Shown piece after piece: positions 1-13,632 of a stretch of 64,000 nucleotides of DNA. Where the stretch lies: assembly GCA_951406725.2 (NCBI GenBank), contig OX597816.1:81158001-81222000 (forward strand), given 5' to 3'. How positions within the stretch are numbered: the first letter of the stretch is position 1; every line of letters starts with the position of its first letter. The notes beneath the pieces were generated by a model that saw only the letters and a list, made by a program, of their open reading frames with translations, did no database searches and was not told where the DNA came from. The position numbers and the translations under genes were made by a program. The stretch is from Octopus vulgaris (Eukaryota).

Positions 1-136
1 ACTGTAATTGTTTATTCTACACGATTCTTTACGTTTCCTATTATTCGATATGGTTAGCCAAGTTTGGATTTCATCAAAGTGCTCGTAAGATATCAACCTG
101 GATTTTAAAATCCTCATTCCTTTGTGGTATATATAT

Positions 137-507
137 ACTGCGGCCACGCTGGTGCACCATCTTTAGTCGAGCAAATCGACCCCGGAACTTATTCTTTGTA
201 AGCCTAGTACTTATTCTATCGGTCTCTTTTGTCGAACTGCTAAGTGACAGGGACATAAATACACCAGCATCGATTGTCAAGCAATGCTAGGGGGACAAAC
301 ACAGACACGCAAACATATACACACACACATATATACATATATATACGACGGGCTTCTTTCAGTTTCCGTCTACCAAATCCACTCACAAGGCTTTGGTCGG
401 CCCGAGGATATAGTAGAAGATACTTGCCCAAGATGCCACGCAACGTGACTGAACCCGGAACCATGTGGTTGGTAAGCAAGCTACTTACCACACAGCCACT
501 CCTGCGC

Positions 508-509
<2 letters not shown>
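137..509 (-). mobile_element. tRNA-derived SINE family A (CORE-like), near full length
   Basis: Reverse complement starts GGCGCAGGAGTGGCTGTGTGGTAAG (A-box-like) then GGTTCAGTC (B-box-like), CTTGGGCAAGT (resembles the MIR/CORE start), an internal (TA/TG)n and a conserved 3' half. Colinear with copies at 3251, 20166 and 62840. Confidence 0.9.
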
Positions 510-550
<41 letters not shown>

Positions 551-553
<3 letters not shown>

Positions 554-786
554 GTGTGTTTGTCCTTGAGTCTGTGTTTGTTCCCCACCTCCGCTTGATA
601 ACTCGTGGTGGTGTGAATACGTCCCCGTAGCCTGGCAGTTTGGCAAAAGAGAAAGATAGAATAAATACCAGGGTTTTTTTTAAATAAGTACTGGGGTCGA
701 TATATTCGGCTAAAAATTCTTCAAGATGGTGTGTCCCAGCATGGCTGCAGTCTAATGACTAAGACAAAATATAGAAGATAAAAGAT
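551..786 (+). mobile_element. SINE family A, 3' half, diverged subfamily
   Basis: TGTTTGTTCCCC..GCTTGATAAC..GTACTGGGGTCGAT..AAATTCTTCAAGATGGTG..CAGCATGGCTGCAGTCTAATGAC matches the 3' half of the 10786 copy. Confidence 0.8.
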
Positions 787-1743
787 ATAGCCATAAGCAT
801 ATGTCCGAAGATGGTGCTGCATTCCGCCGTTACTCAAAGATTCTCGATGTGTGTTTTCGTACTTGTATTGACTGAACCATCAGATTCATTGAATGAAGAA
901 AATACTCTACAACATGTATTGAGTACTTTTCCCTGTTTTAAACACACACACATGCGTGTGTGTGTGTGTTTCTGTCTCATATAAAAATATTAACTTCTGT
1001 TATTTTTCTGCTACTGCTGTTGCTGCCACTAGTACTACATCATTAGTATTCACACATGCCCAGACATCCGGCATTTATATAAATTCAGTAAGTAAACAGG
1101 CAGTTAGCTTGACCAAAAGCAAAAACTCTGTGTATGCGTGCGTATGTATGCGTGTGTGTGTTTTAGAGTCAGGAAAATGGAAGGGTACACACACAAAAAA
1201 AGGAAACAAAACATACAACTAAACCAGAGACGCAATGAAGACGCGAAAACAAAGAAGGAAAAGCAGTAAAAAGCAAGCTGTGTTTTCTGTAACTTTTAAA
1301 CACAGTTAAGATATGGGAAGTTTGAAAGACACATGCTGTGAGATATCGGATTGGTGAGAATGTTGTTATCTATGGAGAAATGAAGTTTATATACACACCT
1401 TAAATACGGATGTGAATGAGAGTATATGTATTTGTTCAAGTGTGTATGTATATGTGTGAGTTTGTGTGAATGAGAATAAGTGTATGTTTATGTCATATAA
1501 TCTGTGAGTAATATGCGTTTGCCTGATTTGAAATATATGTGTATGTGCTTGGATGATAGTGTGGGATATATGTAAGTTGACCTCGTGTTAATTGCTACTA
1601 GTTAAAGGATTTCGTTTTTTCATTAAATTTGTATACAAATTATATAATCCAAACAAAAATTGTAATTTGTATCGTTCACATGACATTTAGCAGCTGAAAA
1701 ATTTAAATAGCGAATTTGAAGGTTCACTCGTAAATAAAATTTA

Positions 1744-1960
1744 TACTTATTTTGAAAAGGTCCTGGCTTTGGGTTAAAGAAAATACAGGAGGATCAGTTA
1801 ATTACGATTTTATCCAACATATTCCCCTCTGAGATTCACACACCTATTGCAGTGATCTTTCACTTTTTCTAAGCTCTGTAAAAGAACTCGGATGGTTGTG
1901 CCTTCAGCCAGGCATTTCGCGAGACCCTTAAAACCAGGAACTTTTCAGCGCCCCTTCGTA
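1744..1960 (-). mobile_element. Non-autonomous mariner element (MITE-like), copy 1
   Basis: Inverted termini TGAAAAGGTCCTGGCTTT / AAAACCAGGAACTTTTCAGCGCCCCTTCGTA ending in TA. Interior is the reverse complement of 35517-35735 and encodes ..NLRGEYVG, a mariner transposase C-terminus. Confidence 0.8.
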
Positions 1961-1979
1961 TATATGTATATATAAAATA

Positions 1980-2040
1980 AAGGCGGTGCTCCAGCATGGC
2001 CACAGTCAAATGACTGAAACAAGTAAAAGAGTAAAAGAGT
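1980..2040 (+). mobile_element. Isolated 3' tail of SINE A (or its partner LINE)
   Basis: AAGGCGGTGCTCCAGCATGGCCACAGTCAAATGACTGAAACAAGTAAAAGAGTAAAAGAGT, near-identical to the 3' end of the 3251 copy. Confidence 0.85.
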
Positions 2041-2043
2041 GAT

Positions 2044-2090
<47 letters not shown>

Positions 2091-3250
2091 ATAATAAATC
2101 TCTGAGTGACGTTGGAGATGGGAAGGATGACTGCCCTTTGCAAATACTGATAGGGCACAGAAAGTGTGTCAATAGCCAGCTGGAGGAGATGTTATTAACA
2201 TTAATATTCCTCTGTTATTAATTTTTAAAAAACAAAATAACTGATTTTTGTGTAAATATCTTAACTACTAGCAATAAAAAGAGAATAATTCCATTTTAGA
2301 AAATGTCATTATTTATATAACTAATGGAGGTTAGTAAAGTTCACCTCCATATGTTACGATGAAATATTCGTTGAAGAAAATTAAAACAAACCAGAAAAAT
2401 TTTTAATTAACCTTGAAATGGTCTTGGATCAAATTGAAAAAGTGTAGATATCTATGAGTTGCATTGTTTGAATCAGAGCAAAACTCTAAATTCATGTTAT
2501 CTTTTGACAACCCTATAAAGTTGAATTTTTTCATGGATAACACATGTCAGCCTCAAAACAATGATAGCTGGTCTCATGTTTTAAGTATTTGTATTCAAAT
2601 TTGTTGAACGGTGAAGGAGCAAAGGACATACAAGTTATCTACTATAGAAGCTTATATACGTGTATTGTCAGCCGCAAAACGAACAAAGGGAATCCATTGC
2701 TGATGCACGAGATATAGAGAATATAATAGCATATCATATAGTACATCACTGGCGACACAGAGATCGTGCATTACATTTGTATTCTGGGGCGAGGTCAAAT
2801 CACATATAAAACAGAGTTTTTAACATATGTCCAAAATTAATATTGAAGCATTTTTGAGAATGTTTAACCAAACACGTAGATTCAATATATCTTTACAAAC
2901 TATAGCAAGCCATCGTAATGGAAGAGTGTTTTCTTTGAAGAAAGAGCATTTACAGCCAAAGTAAATGTGTATTTATTTCCAAAAGAGATGATTCCCATAA
3001 ACTGGTGAAAGGTGTGTTGATATTTGTTCAAGATTTTTTGCAACTACAAATTAAACTGTAATTCATTAGATAAAGGCATCGTAAATGTATTTCTATGACG
3101 TAATTTAATTTGCTTCGAAAATATTCTACTTTGTTTTAATTTGCATCAAGTTTATTTTAATTTGCTCTGCGATTATTTGAATAATGCTTCCATCAAGATA
3201 ATATTATATATGTGTGTGTGCTTGTGTGTTTAAAGTTATTGATGAGAATA

Positions 3251-3645
3251 TAGGCGTAGGAGTGGCTGTGTGGTAAGTAGCTTTCTTACGAACCACATGG
3301 TTCCAGGTTCAGACCTACTGCGTGACACTTCTACTATAGCCTCGGGCCGACCAAAGCTTTGTGAGTGAATTTGGTAGACGGAAACAGAAAGAAGCCCGTC
3401 GTATAAATGTATGTGTGTATATGTTTTTGTGTCTATGTTTGTCGTCCCCCCACCACCAACATTGCTTGACAACCGATGCTGGTGTGTTTACGTCCCCGTA
3501 ACTTAGCGGTTCGGGAAAAAAGAGCCTGATAGAATACGTACTAGGCTTACAATGAATAAGTCCTGGGGTCGATTTGCTCGACTAAAGGCGGTGCTCCAGC
3601 ATAGCCACAGCCACATGACTGAAACAAGTAAAAGCGTAAAAGAGT
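3251..3645 (+). mobile_element. SINE family A, full length with a small deletion in the core
   Basis: Head TAGGCGTAGGAGTGGCTGTGTGGTAAG and tail GAAACAAGTAAAAGCGTAAAAGAGT. Lacks the CTTGGGCAAGTGT segment present in other copies. Confidence 0.9.
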
Positions 3646-4164
3646 ATATCAGCAAAGAACAAGGTTTAAATTGTAATTCTGATGCACATTTAAGAAAAAG
3701 GAAGTTCCGTCGATGTTTCGAGCTAAAGCATTTCATCAAAAAGTTATAAAGAAGACAGAAAAGTATAGAAGAAAGAAAACTGAGTAGCAGAGAAATTTAT
3801 GACACAGACGTATCCACTAACATGCATACATGCATATAGGTATGTTTATACATGAGGGCGTGCGCTCGAGCGAGAGTGTGCCAATGTACATAGGCGTTAA
3901 GATTTATAATCGAGAAGAAAAGTACTCAAAACAGTAAAATTTATTCAATTACTAGAAACACCGGCCTCCCTTGTGGGTAGTCTCAGCAATAAGTATATAT
4001 AATACGTCGGCACTATATAATCATCATATAACTGAAATACAGGGAATATGTTTTTTTGTAAATATGTAGTAAGTATAATGTGTTTGATATATTCTGATGT
4101 AATTCAATGTAAGGAATTACGAATAAGTTCAAATTCAACAGAAACATTCACATACATAATAGAC

Positions 4165-4375
4165 GTGTGTATATGTATATATATGTGTGTGTGTGTGTGT
4201 GTATGTGCGTGTTTATCTGTGCGCGTATGCATGTATGTATGTATGTATGTATGTATGTGTATGTATGTATGTATGTATGTATGTATGTATGTATGTATGC
4301 ATGTGTATGTATGTATGCATGCATGTATGTATGTGTGTACGTATGTTTGTGCACTTATGTATTTGTATGTGTATC
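4165..4375. repeat. Compound (TG)n/(TATG)n microsatellite
   Basis: Directly visible. Confidence 0.95.
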
Positions 4376-5027
4376 ATTTGTTTTTATGTAGATAGTTTTC
4401 CCCACTTGGCTCATTTTGTTTTATATTTGTTAGGTTTCCCCCCCCCCCCTTACTTTTTGGTCTCCCAGCAGTAAATGTAGATTAAAACGGGTGCACGAGG
4501 AGGTAGCTTGAACTTTCATTAACTGAACTACACTTCGGAAACTACTAAATAAATAAGATAATAATGATGATGATGGTGATGATGACGACGACAAGGATAA
4601 CGATGGTGGTGGAAGTGATGCTGATGGTGGTGGTGATATAAAACAACTTATTATATATGATGAAATAAGAACAGAAATTTCACCGGAAGTTGGTGAAGGA
4701 AAAATTGCATGAATGGCTGGTTGTTGATATGACAGGAAACAGGCCGAATGGGAACGTAAAAGAATATATAAAGATGAAATGATGAAAAAATATAAAACTG
4801 AAGGAAGAGACAAACATATATAGGAAAAGACAGAGAGAGAAAAAGTATGTGAGAGCGAAAGAGGAGAAAAATGGGGTGAGTTTGTGAGTCTGAGATAGTG
4901 AGATATACAGAGATGGTTCAGTACAGAAACTACGATGTCTGACATGGACACAGAAAACATTATATTCACTTGCAGGATGTATAATGTATATTTGATAAAT
5001 AGAAGGACAAATATGCCAGTGCAACAT

Positions 5028-5115
<88 letters not shown>

Positions 5116-5130
5116 TTGATAGATAAATAG
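5028..5130. repeat. (ATAG)n/(ACAG)n microsatellite
   Basis: Directly visible. Confidence 0.95.
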
Positions 5131-5215
5131 AAAGTTTTGCATGTATGTGTATACATACTAATCGTACATTATGGATGTAATGTATTCTATTTGTATAAAC
5201 TGTAGATATATATAT

Positions 5216-5259
<44 letters not shown>

Positions 5260-5600
5260 ATTTACACATAAAGACACAGATTTCGCCGCAGGAAAACATC
5301 ACATTTGGTTATTTCTGCTAGATCCTGAGAAAGAAACGAATTACTGTAAAACAGACACTTTTCTGCAAATAGTTCAAGTACGATTGCTTTTGAAAGGAGG
5401 TTATTGTGTGAATAAGTATCTGTTTGCCTCCGTGTGTTGGTGGGGTGATAGAGAGACAGAGAGATAGAATGAGATTTGTGTAGTAACACAGCGCACCTTA
5501 TAGCTGGATCGAGATATGACAGAAATATAACCCCACTGCAGACAGAAGATTGAGAAGTTAGGGAGGGTTTATGTAAGTACGTGTATGTGTAAATTATTTG

Positions 5601-5767
<167 letters not shown>

Positions 5768-5856
5768 CCAGTTATTACAATCGTTAGTAACAATCTCCCT
5801 CTGGTGTTGAGTATCGTTTTGCTCTTCTTATACGTGCAATACCTTCTCTCTCCCTT

Positions 5857-5934
<78 letters not shown>

Positions 5935-5992
5935 GTACACACATACACACGCACACATATACATACACACACGCGCACACAGTACGTGTGTT

Positions 5993-6041
5993 TGGTGCTC
6001 CAGCATTGCCGCAGTCAAATGACAGAAACAAGTAAAAGAAT
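5993..6041 (+). mobile_element. Isolated SINE A 3' tail
   Basis: TGGTGCTCCAGCATTGCCGCAGTCAAATGACAGAAACAAGTAAAAGAAT between (CA)n tracts. Confidence 0.8.
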
Positions 6042-6422
6042 ATACACACAAACACACACATACACACATACACACACACACACCAGGCATGTGTGCAATC
6101 ATTGTAATAGTCTAGTGTTAGATTCTTGACAACTCGTAAGTAGTAGCATTATTTAAGGACTGTTCAAATTCAATTTTCGAAATTAAGATATTTTCGTCTT
6201 CGCTTGCCTCCTGAACTCACGAAAAGAAGGTTACAATATGAATGAACATGCTAAATAAGACAACTCACTGTTAGATACGTTGATTCTTGATTATGCACAG
6301 TATATTAGAAGTTTATTTATCGATAATGACAAAATTAGATGCCTCTCTAACCCGGATGCATTAATCATTCTGAGACACTAAAAAACATCATGCACAGATT
6401 TCGAATTGAGAATACATAGTGA

Positions 6423-6630
6423 TTATTTCTTCTGTAGGCACGAGGCCTGAAATGTTGAAGGAGAGAACTAATAGATTACATCGACCCCAGTACCCATGTG
6501 GTATTTATTTTATCGACCTCGAAAGGACGAAGGGCAGAATCGATCTCGGTGGCATTTGGATTCAGAACGTAAAGAGCAAGAAGAAATGCAGCTAAGCATT
6601 TTGTCTGACGCACCAACGATTCTGCCAGCT
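6423..6630 (-). mobile_element. tRNA-derived SINE family B (possibly Meta/MESC-type central domain)
   Basis: Reverse complement GAGCTGGCAGAATCGTTGG..GTTCTGAATCCAAAT..CCTTTCGAGGTCGATAAAATAAATACC..GTACTGGGGTCGATGTAATC..TTTCAGGCCTCGTGCCTA. Colinear with 8018, 26083 and 40845. The superfamily name is from recall. Confidence 0.85.
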
Positions 6631-6636
6631 CTTAAC

Positions 6637-6718
6637 AGAAGAAGAAGAAGAAGAAGAAGAAGAAGAAGAAGAAGAAGAAGAAGAAGAAGAAGAAGAAGAA
6701 GAAGAAGAAGAAGAAGAA
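6637..6718. repeat. (AGA)n microsatellite
   Basis: Directly visible; explains the poly-Arg ORF. Confidence 0.95.
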
Positions 6719-7164
6719 CGAGGAGAAGGAAGGAACTTAAATGTGTTGACTATTTCCTCTTATTTCTAAAAGAAGTCGAAGAGAGCCTTTTTCATCATAT
6801 TTCGTCCTTTTACATTTACAAAATGCAGAGAAATTTCTTTTATTTATAATTATTTTTATTTTTCACATCTGATGCCAGCTTTAAGGGATTTCACTTTTTA
6901 TGGTTAAAACTCCCCTTTTATGGTTAAAACTCCCTTTTTATTCACTGACAAAATATTTCAGGTTTCGAAAGCTTTCATTTGCATATATTTCATCCGAGTG
7001 TATTGGAGTGTGTGGAGAAATGCAGGTTTTAAGGAAAAGATGGTTTCGTATTTTTTCATAAAAATATGTTGCTGTTATTTTTCTTCTAGTATTTATATGA
7101 ATTTCAGATTTTCTCCTACAAGCTCTCTCACTTTATTGCGCATTTTGTCTAATTCGTCTCATCT

Positions 7165-7230
<66 letters not shown>

Positions 7231-7481
7231 ATATATATATATGTATGTATGTATATATGTATATATATTTCTCTCTCTCTCTCACTCTTCTCTTTTTCTT
7301 TCTCTCTGTCGCTCTTCCTCACACAGACATGTTATGTCCATTTTGATTTCTTCAGTGTGACAACTAACAGTTCAGCAATATTTTCCTTAATTCTAACGAA
7401 TGTAATGAAGTGATGGTACTTTTTTTTTCTTTACACGTTTTCGTGAGTTTAGACAACAATTTTCCTTCTCTTATTTTCTTT

Positions 7482-7571
<90 letters not shown>

Positions 7572-7784
7572 CCTCTCTGCGACGTAAGCAATTGAAAAAC
7601 TCGGTAATTCAGCCATACTCCTGGTACTGACATCACTATGGTTACACCTTCTCATGTAACCTGTTTGGATTTACTTTGTGCGCTCCACATAAAGAGAGTG
7701 TTAAAAAAATTAATCAAGGACATATCAGAGTGCTGAGAAAATCATTTAACTAAAGTCAAATTTGCATATGTACGTGTCTATGAG

Positions 7785-7965
7785 TTAAGCAGGTTCGTGA
7801 TAAAAAGCATCCGAGTCGTGACGATCTCGTCTTTGTTTAAGGTATAATGTATCTACTACGACGTTATTCAAAGTAAATGTATCCCCTTCCCTTTTTAAGA
7901 TGGTGTATTATTTGAGTGAGAATTGGCAGTTATTTCTAGCAGGTGAGTGACTGTGCAAGAGGCCC
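7785..7965 (-). mobile_element. Dispersed repeat family C (old SINE-like element)
   Basis: TTTTAAGATGGTGTATTATTTGAGTGAGAATTGGCAGTTATTTCTAGCAGG is the reverse complement of the CTAGAAATAGCAGCCAAATCTCCCTCAAATCACAC-type motif at 10490, 35130, 36810 and 41550. Confidence 0.65.
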
Positions 7966-8017
7966 GAATTACTACTGATACTATTTGCGTCTTTAACGTT
8001 TTGGGTGGCACGAATGT

Positions 8018-8215
8018 GATGAGCTGGCAGAATCGATAGCACACCGGGCAAAATACTTAACACCATTTCGTCCGTTTTTTATGTTTGGAGTTCAAATTCC
8101 GCCAGGGTTGACTTTGCCTTTCAACCCTTTCGGGGTCGATAAAATGACTACCACTGAAGTCGATGCAATCGACTTACCACTTCACCGAAATTGCGGGTCA
8201 AAACCTGAAAATAAT
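8018..8215 (+). mobile_element. SINE family B
   Basis: GAGCTGGCAGAATCG..GAGTTCAAATTCCGCC (B-box GTTCAAATTC)..GCCTTTCAACCCTTTCGGGGTCGATAAAATG. Confidence 0.85.
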
Positions 8216-8949
8216 ATTTTAAGTAATAGGATAAGACATGTCTACTAAAATGTTTAGTGAGAAATAGTTCTACTTCAGTCATGAACGAGATGTGTGACGA
8301 ACTAACAAGTTTCTTTCGATCTTGAGGATGACCTGACTTCAGCGGACTTCCCCTCCGTACATACATACAACTTGAGAGAGTTAAGCTGATTAGTGATGGT
8401 TTGAGATTAATCAACAACAATAACAATATTATTACCCCCACTAACATGAGCATCACAGAACGGAATGGCGAAATGGCTAATTCTAAAAAGTATAGGAAAA
8501 TCACTTCTAATTTCACCAGTACATATCAGCTACTTTTGTTTGGTTGTTTCTCATTCTACGTACATCAATCCATCACTAATACATAACATATTTCTAAAAA
8601 TGCTATCTCCCATATGGAACAGAAAATTTATGAACACCAATATACTGGGGGTCATTGAAATGATAACCATTTTTTTATATATAGTGTCAAACTTCTTTTT
8701 GGTAATTTTTTTGTCTCCTAATTTTTCTTCAGATTCATTTTTTAACCCAATATCACATTTGCCTATCTATATTCGATATGTATTTTGATATGCCAGTTAT
8801 ATTACCAGTATCATTTCTCCATCTGAGTTTGAATTTGTCAGAGTTATTCATCATAATGCTTGCATATAAAGGAAATCAAACATTTTAGAATAAACAATAT
8901 TTCGGCTTTTAATTCAACTGAGAGTATATTCGCTTACAAAAGTGTTTAC

Positions 8950-9450
8950 AATCCGTTAATTGAAAATCAGTTTGAGCACCGTAGCTCCATGTAACATAAG
9001 AAGATATTCATAGGCCATTTCTGGATTTTGACTATTTTAACTTATAAATGCCAGCATTCTACTTAAGCCAGTACACTGTTTTCTTAACGTGTAGAGGTCA
9101 TCTATTATCAATGGAATGCTTATTTATTGAGTATAATCAGTAATACTTTTTCTGGCATATTTTCAGAGTGTTTAATGGGAATCTTTTTTTAATATACGCC
9201 ATGCCTTTCTCATGTGCAATACCGATGTATGTGAGGTGACTTAAAAGAAGAATGAAATCTCCATCACAATCGCGTACTCAAATCACTAAATAGCTTTGAG
9301 CCTACTTCATCCGTTTTTCCATTATTCGATATTGTCACATCGTAGTGCAAATGTTGGCTATTTTTTAATAAGCACACATATCTGTTAAACTATGAGACAA
9401 GGGTGAAATAGAGTATCTAGATTTTTACGCTTTCCCGAGTGCTTTAACAG
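8950..9450 (-). mobile_element. Possible highly decayed RTE-like reverse transcriptase remnant
   Basis: Minus-strand fragments reminiscent of DTL.P, SDL-EYA (YADD region) and SYGAQT (LLYGAETW-like) in the expected order, heavily frameshifted. Confidence 0.25.
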
Positions 9451-10489
9451 AGTCGATGAAATGCACTTGCATTAATCGGGAATCCAAACTATATTTTGGA
9501 CTCTTCTGGTCAGATGATTATCTTTTGTTCTACAACGATCATAATATCTTGAGTCAAACTATTATGCAATATATTTGACATAGGGTGAAGTTTCGTTCAC
9601 TAGCTATTTATAAAAACAGCAGGCCACTTCGTAGTATGCACGGAATGGGAGAACATACGAACAGATATGGATAAATCGCGATGAACTCGTTTATGTATGT
9701 GTGTATATGCTTTTTCATAAGTATATTATTATATATCATATACATAGACATAATCGCATACATATGCATAAATGCGCAACATCATTTATCCATCTAGCAA
9801 TCTATATTGATTTATCTGTTCGTATAGCTCAATATCTACCTAGTCCATAGAGCCAAAACAACCTGCTGATTACTGGCTATTAATGTCGTATAATCAAACG
9901 ATATCTATTTTTAATATTTCCCTTAACAAAGTTAAACTTATAATATTACAAACCCGCGTTTCCATAGGAACTCCTCACGATTTCCATATATCATTGCTAC
10001 GTCTGATTTTTAGTCATATTAATGCATAAAAAACGTCTTGTTCCACATCATAAACTAGCAACGCAAGCTAAAGTAAATCTGATTCTCTCTCTCTTTCTCA
10101 TTCCCTCTTTCAAGTGGGAATCAAGTGCATACATCATTTTCTAAGGCCAAGTGAAGTTTCTTTCGCCAGGCAAGGTAGTAGTCGATACATTGACTACAAT
10201 ATTTCCTACTATATCTCTCTAAAGTGTCTTCTTCTCTCTTTCATTTAAACGAGTAGGTATCAAATAAAAAGGTCTAAACTACGTACATTACCAGTTTTAA
10301 GTTTACCGAACCTGAAAGAATGAATGATATAGCCAACATCTAATGGGGTTTGAACCTCAACAGATAAAGAACTAAAACAAAGTATGGCATGGCATTTTGC
10401 TCCGGTGCTCCACTATTTATGAAGACACAATAACTTATAAAGCTGAATATTAATTCACCGACGGTGGTCTTCAATATGAATTATTACAT

Positions 10490-10662
10490 ATTAGAAATAA
10501 CAGCGAAATATCCCACAAACTACACCCTACTAGTTTTAAAACGGACACATTGGCCAATGTACTCGTCGTTCTAGACATACAAAAAGACAGGGTGGTCACG
10601 TTTAGAGCACCTTTAATTGGCGGTGTACTCGATCAGTGCTTTACTAGGACTAAACAACAACT
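10490..10662 (+). mobile_element. Repeat family C
   Basis: TAGAAATAACAGCGAAATATCCCACAAACTACACCCTAC..GGGTGGTCACG..CTCGATCAG..GGACTAAACAACAAC. Confidence 0.7.
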
Positions 10663-10785
10663 GAATCATTTTACTAAGCACAGACAATTGTCGCAGTAGA
10701 AGTATATAGTTGATACAACTGAGTATACATCGTTATTTTATCGACTTCGAAACTTTCTATCAAATCCAAAGAAATGATCTGCACT

Positions 10786-11160
10786 GGGCTCAGGCGTAGC
10801 TGTGTGATTAGAAGTTTGCTTCCAACCACATGTTCGGTGTTCATTCCCACTGCGTGGTACCTTGGACAAATATCTTCTACTATAGCCTCTGGCCGACCAA
10901 GGCTTTGTGAGTGGATTTGATAGACGGAAACTGAAAGAAGCCCAGCATGTATATGTGTGTGTGTGAGACCATCACCGCTTGACAACCGGTGCTGGTGTGT
11001 TTACGACCCCGTAACTTGTCGATTCGTCAAAAAGCACCGAAAGAATAATTACCAGACTTTAAAAATAAATCCTGGGGTCGATTTGTTCGACTAAAAATTC
11101 TTCAAGGCGGTGCCCCAGCATGGCCACAGTCTAATGACTGAAACAAGTAAAAGTAAAATA
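10786..11160 (+). mobile_element. SINE family A, full length, diverged subfamily
   Basis: Colinear with other A copies. Carries AAATTCTTCAAGGCGGTGCCCCAGCATGGCCACAGTCTAATGACTGAAACAAGTAAAAG. Confidence 0.9.
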
Positions 11161-12927
11161 AAAAAAGGGAGATAGTCCCCCACTAGTATTTGGGATAAGT
11201 ATTCGACAGTCGAAACTAAACTCTGTAAGGCATGTCATTTCAGTGTTCTGCTATTTCTACGACTCATTACTTTCTGAACCGTCATATTGGAAAGCGCTTT
11301 AAAGAAAAATAATAAGAGTTAAAATATCTAGAGAGAAAGAATAAAAGAAGCTCAAAGCAGGTGAGAGAAATAGCTGGAATGTCATGATAGATATAAGAGT
11401 TAGTAACATATAGATTTGATAAGAGATAAGATTGACAACAGATATCAGTTTACCATGTCAAACCGTGGTTTTTGTAACAGCTGATAATCTATTGCGTAGC
11501 ATAATAAACATAGAAAGTTGATGAGTCATATTGTATAACTGACTGAGATAATAAATATAAAGTTTATGAGACTTTCCTCGACTTAATAATTAATGCAAAT
11601 ATTCAATCATATTCTTCGGCTTACAATATGAATTTAAATTGATCATTAGCAAAAATATGACGTAAAAATAAAAACTCTATTTCCATAAATGACCTTTCGT
11701 TTTTGGTTGCTTTTGTTATAGATTTAGGTGGGGAGAAAATCATTAAAAGAATTTACGAGATACGCTCCTGTTTCTAAGGCAGGCTTTCTAAAAAGGAAAA
11801 AAAAATACTGCGAACATTGATGCTGATTTATTAAGTACATTTGCAAATGACGGGTGTTTCAAATTAGATTCTTTGGATTCAATTTCTATTTTGCATTCCT
11901 GAGATAAATTGTCCTTAAAGTTATAAAATTTCGAAATTTCACAGATTTTCTTTTGGTTCTTTAGAAATGTTTTATCTGTGTTTTCTTCTCTAGAATGTTG
12001 TGAGGCGGGTGGGAAATTACAGGGTAAAAATCGACTGCAATAATTCCTTTATTTATTTGTATTGTGTTGTTTAGTTTATTTATTTTTAGACTTGTTTAAA
12101 AGAATTAGGCCCTTTTATGACTATAACGACGCATTTCCTTGCATCGGAATTTTTGCATGCATACAATGTTCGTCGAAATTGCGCGACATTTAGGGTATCA
12201 TTTTCTCAAGGAGGAGACATAAGGACGAAGTTGTGCTCTTAGATATACACCAGTCTCTCTCAACGAGATATTTCCAGGAGTGAAAAAAAGGAGTACAAGA
12301 AGGATATTTCTGAGCAACCTCATCAAAAGTATGTTGGCTTTTTGTGAGGCTGGTATAGAATTCAGAGAACAGCTTCGTCCTTAGCTGCTTTTAAAGGATT
12401 AGGACCAGATCCTGGATATGAGATAAACCCTTCCATTTCTCTCATCGGTCAAGGATAGCCTAGAAGGGTCATGGGCGTTGCCCTTCTTCTTTTGATTATG
12501 CATTTAAGAAACAAATTTGAGAGTTGGAAGATTGCGGAAAACTATTCCCCATAGACGCTTCAAATCTCACTGAAGGGATACGTTTGTATAGCAGATGAAT
12601 AGAGACAATTGTCTAGTTTCTTTTGACAAGGCATATTTTTTAAAGAATATTGTGCATACTGACTAAACTTAGCCAGTAATTTTATTTTATGAAATCTGGA
12701 AAATATGAGGGCGTTGATAAAATATCAAACGTCCATTATTTATATAAATGCGTATGCGTAAGCATGTGTGCATGAAAATGCACTCGTGTGTGCTAAGATG
12801 TATAAATGAGAAAGTACTCAAAACATGTAATAAAATATATTCATATATTCAAGCTGAGTTTACATTGAGTCGCAACTCTGAGTTGCCTATTCCTCTCCCG
12901 CCTCTCTCTCCCTCTCTCTTTCTCTCC

Positions 12928-12966
<39 letters not shown>

Positions 12967-13498
12967 ACGCACGTTACTTTTAGTTGCTTATTTCTATAGT
13001 ATGCACATACGCTCACACGTGAATGCGTGTTTCGTGTGTGTGTGTGTGTGTGTGCATGTGTGCGTGTCATATAAGTATGTGTTTATCAGCATATCGGTGT
13101 GTGTGAGAGAGAGAGAAAGAGAGAGAGGATTTGGGTGTTGAAGCTGCAACAAGCGTTAGAAAATTCAGGATTTATTTATAAATAAGACTTTATCGATTAC
13201 TCTTTCTTTCTGTCTCTCCCCCCCCATCTCTCTCTCTCTCTCCTTCAACCTCTGTCTCCCACTGTTGCAGACGTAGCATCATTTCCTTTCCAATGTAATC
13301 TCTGCCCCAGTACTAAATCGCAGCTTTACTTGTCATAAGGTGTCATTACGATTTAAGTAACAACCATACGAGTTGCCATTTAACTTTTAATTTAATTTTT
13401 TACTTTTTCGCTACATTTCCACTTTTACTTTATTAAATATTTATTATTGTTATTGTTTAATATCTTTTTTCTTTTCTTTTTCTTTCTTTTTGTTTCAG

Positions 13499-13632
13499 GC
13501 CACCTTCTTGCTTACCTACCGTCGATTATCGATTCATAATATTCTCGCTAGGATATCACATTTGGATTTGTAGTCTATTGATTCCTTATATGACTGTTAC
13601 TTCTCCATATGCTTTGCTGAGCAGATGTCGAG
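13499..13632 (+). other. Candidate small exon of an unidentified host transcript
   Basis: Long polypyrimidine tract ending TGTTTCAG|G at 13498/9. Donor GAG|GTACCA is moderate. One frame is open (PPSCLPTVDYRFIIFSLGYHIWICSLLIPYMTVTSPYALLSRCR) but not recognisable. Confidence 0.3.

Noticed and set aside
74-630. Recurring ORFs with RRASFSFRLPNPLT / YDGLLSVSVYQIHSQ peptides
   Set aside because: Translations of SINE A copies, not a gene family.
2200-3200. Unique-looking AT-rich stretch that may be an old DNA transposon
   Set aside because: No termini or protein motifs recognised.
3251-3325. tRNA gene
   Set aside because: Has A/B boxes but continues into the SINE body; it is a SINE head, not a tRNA.
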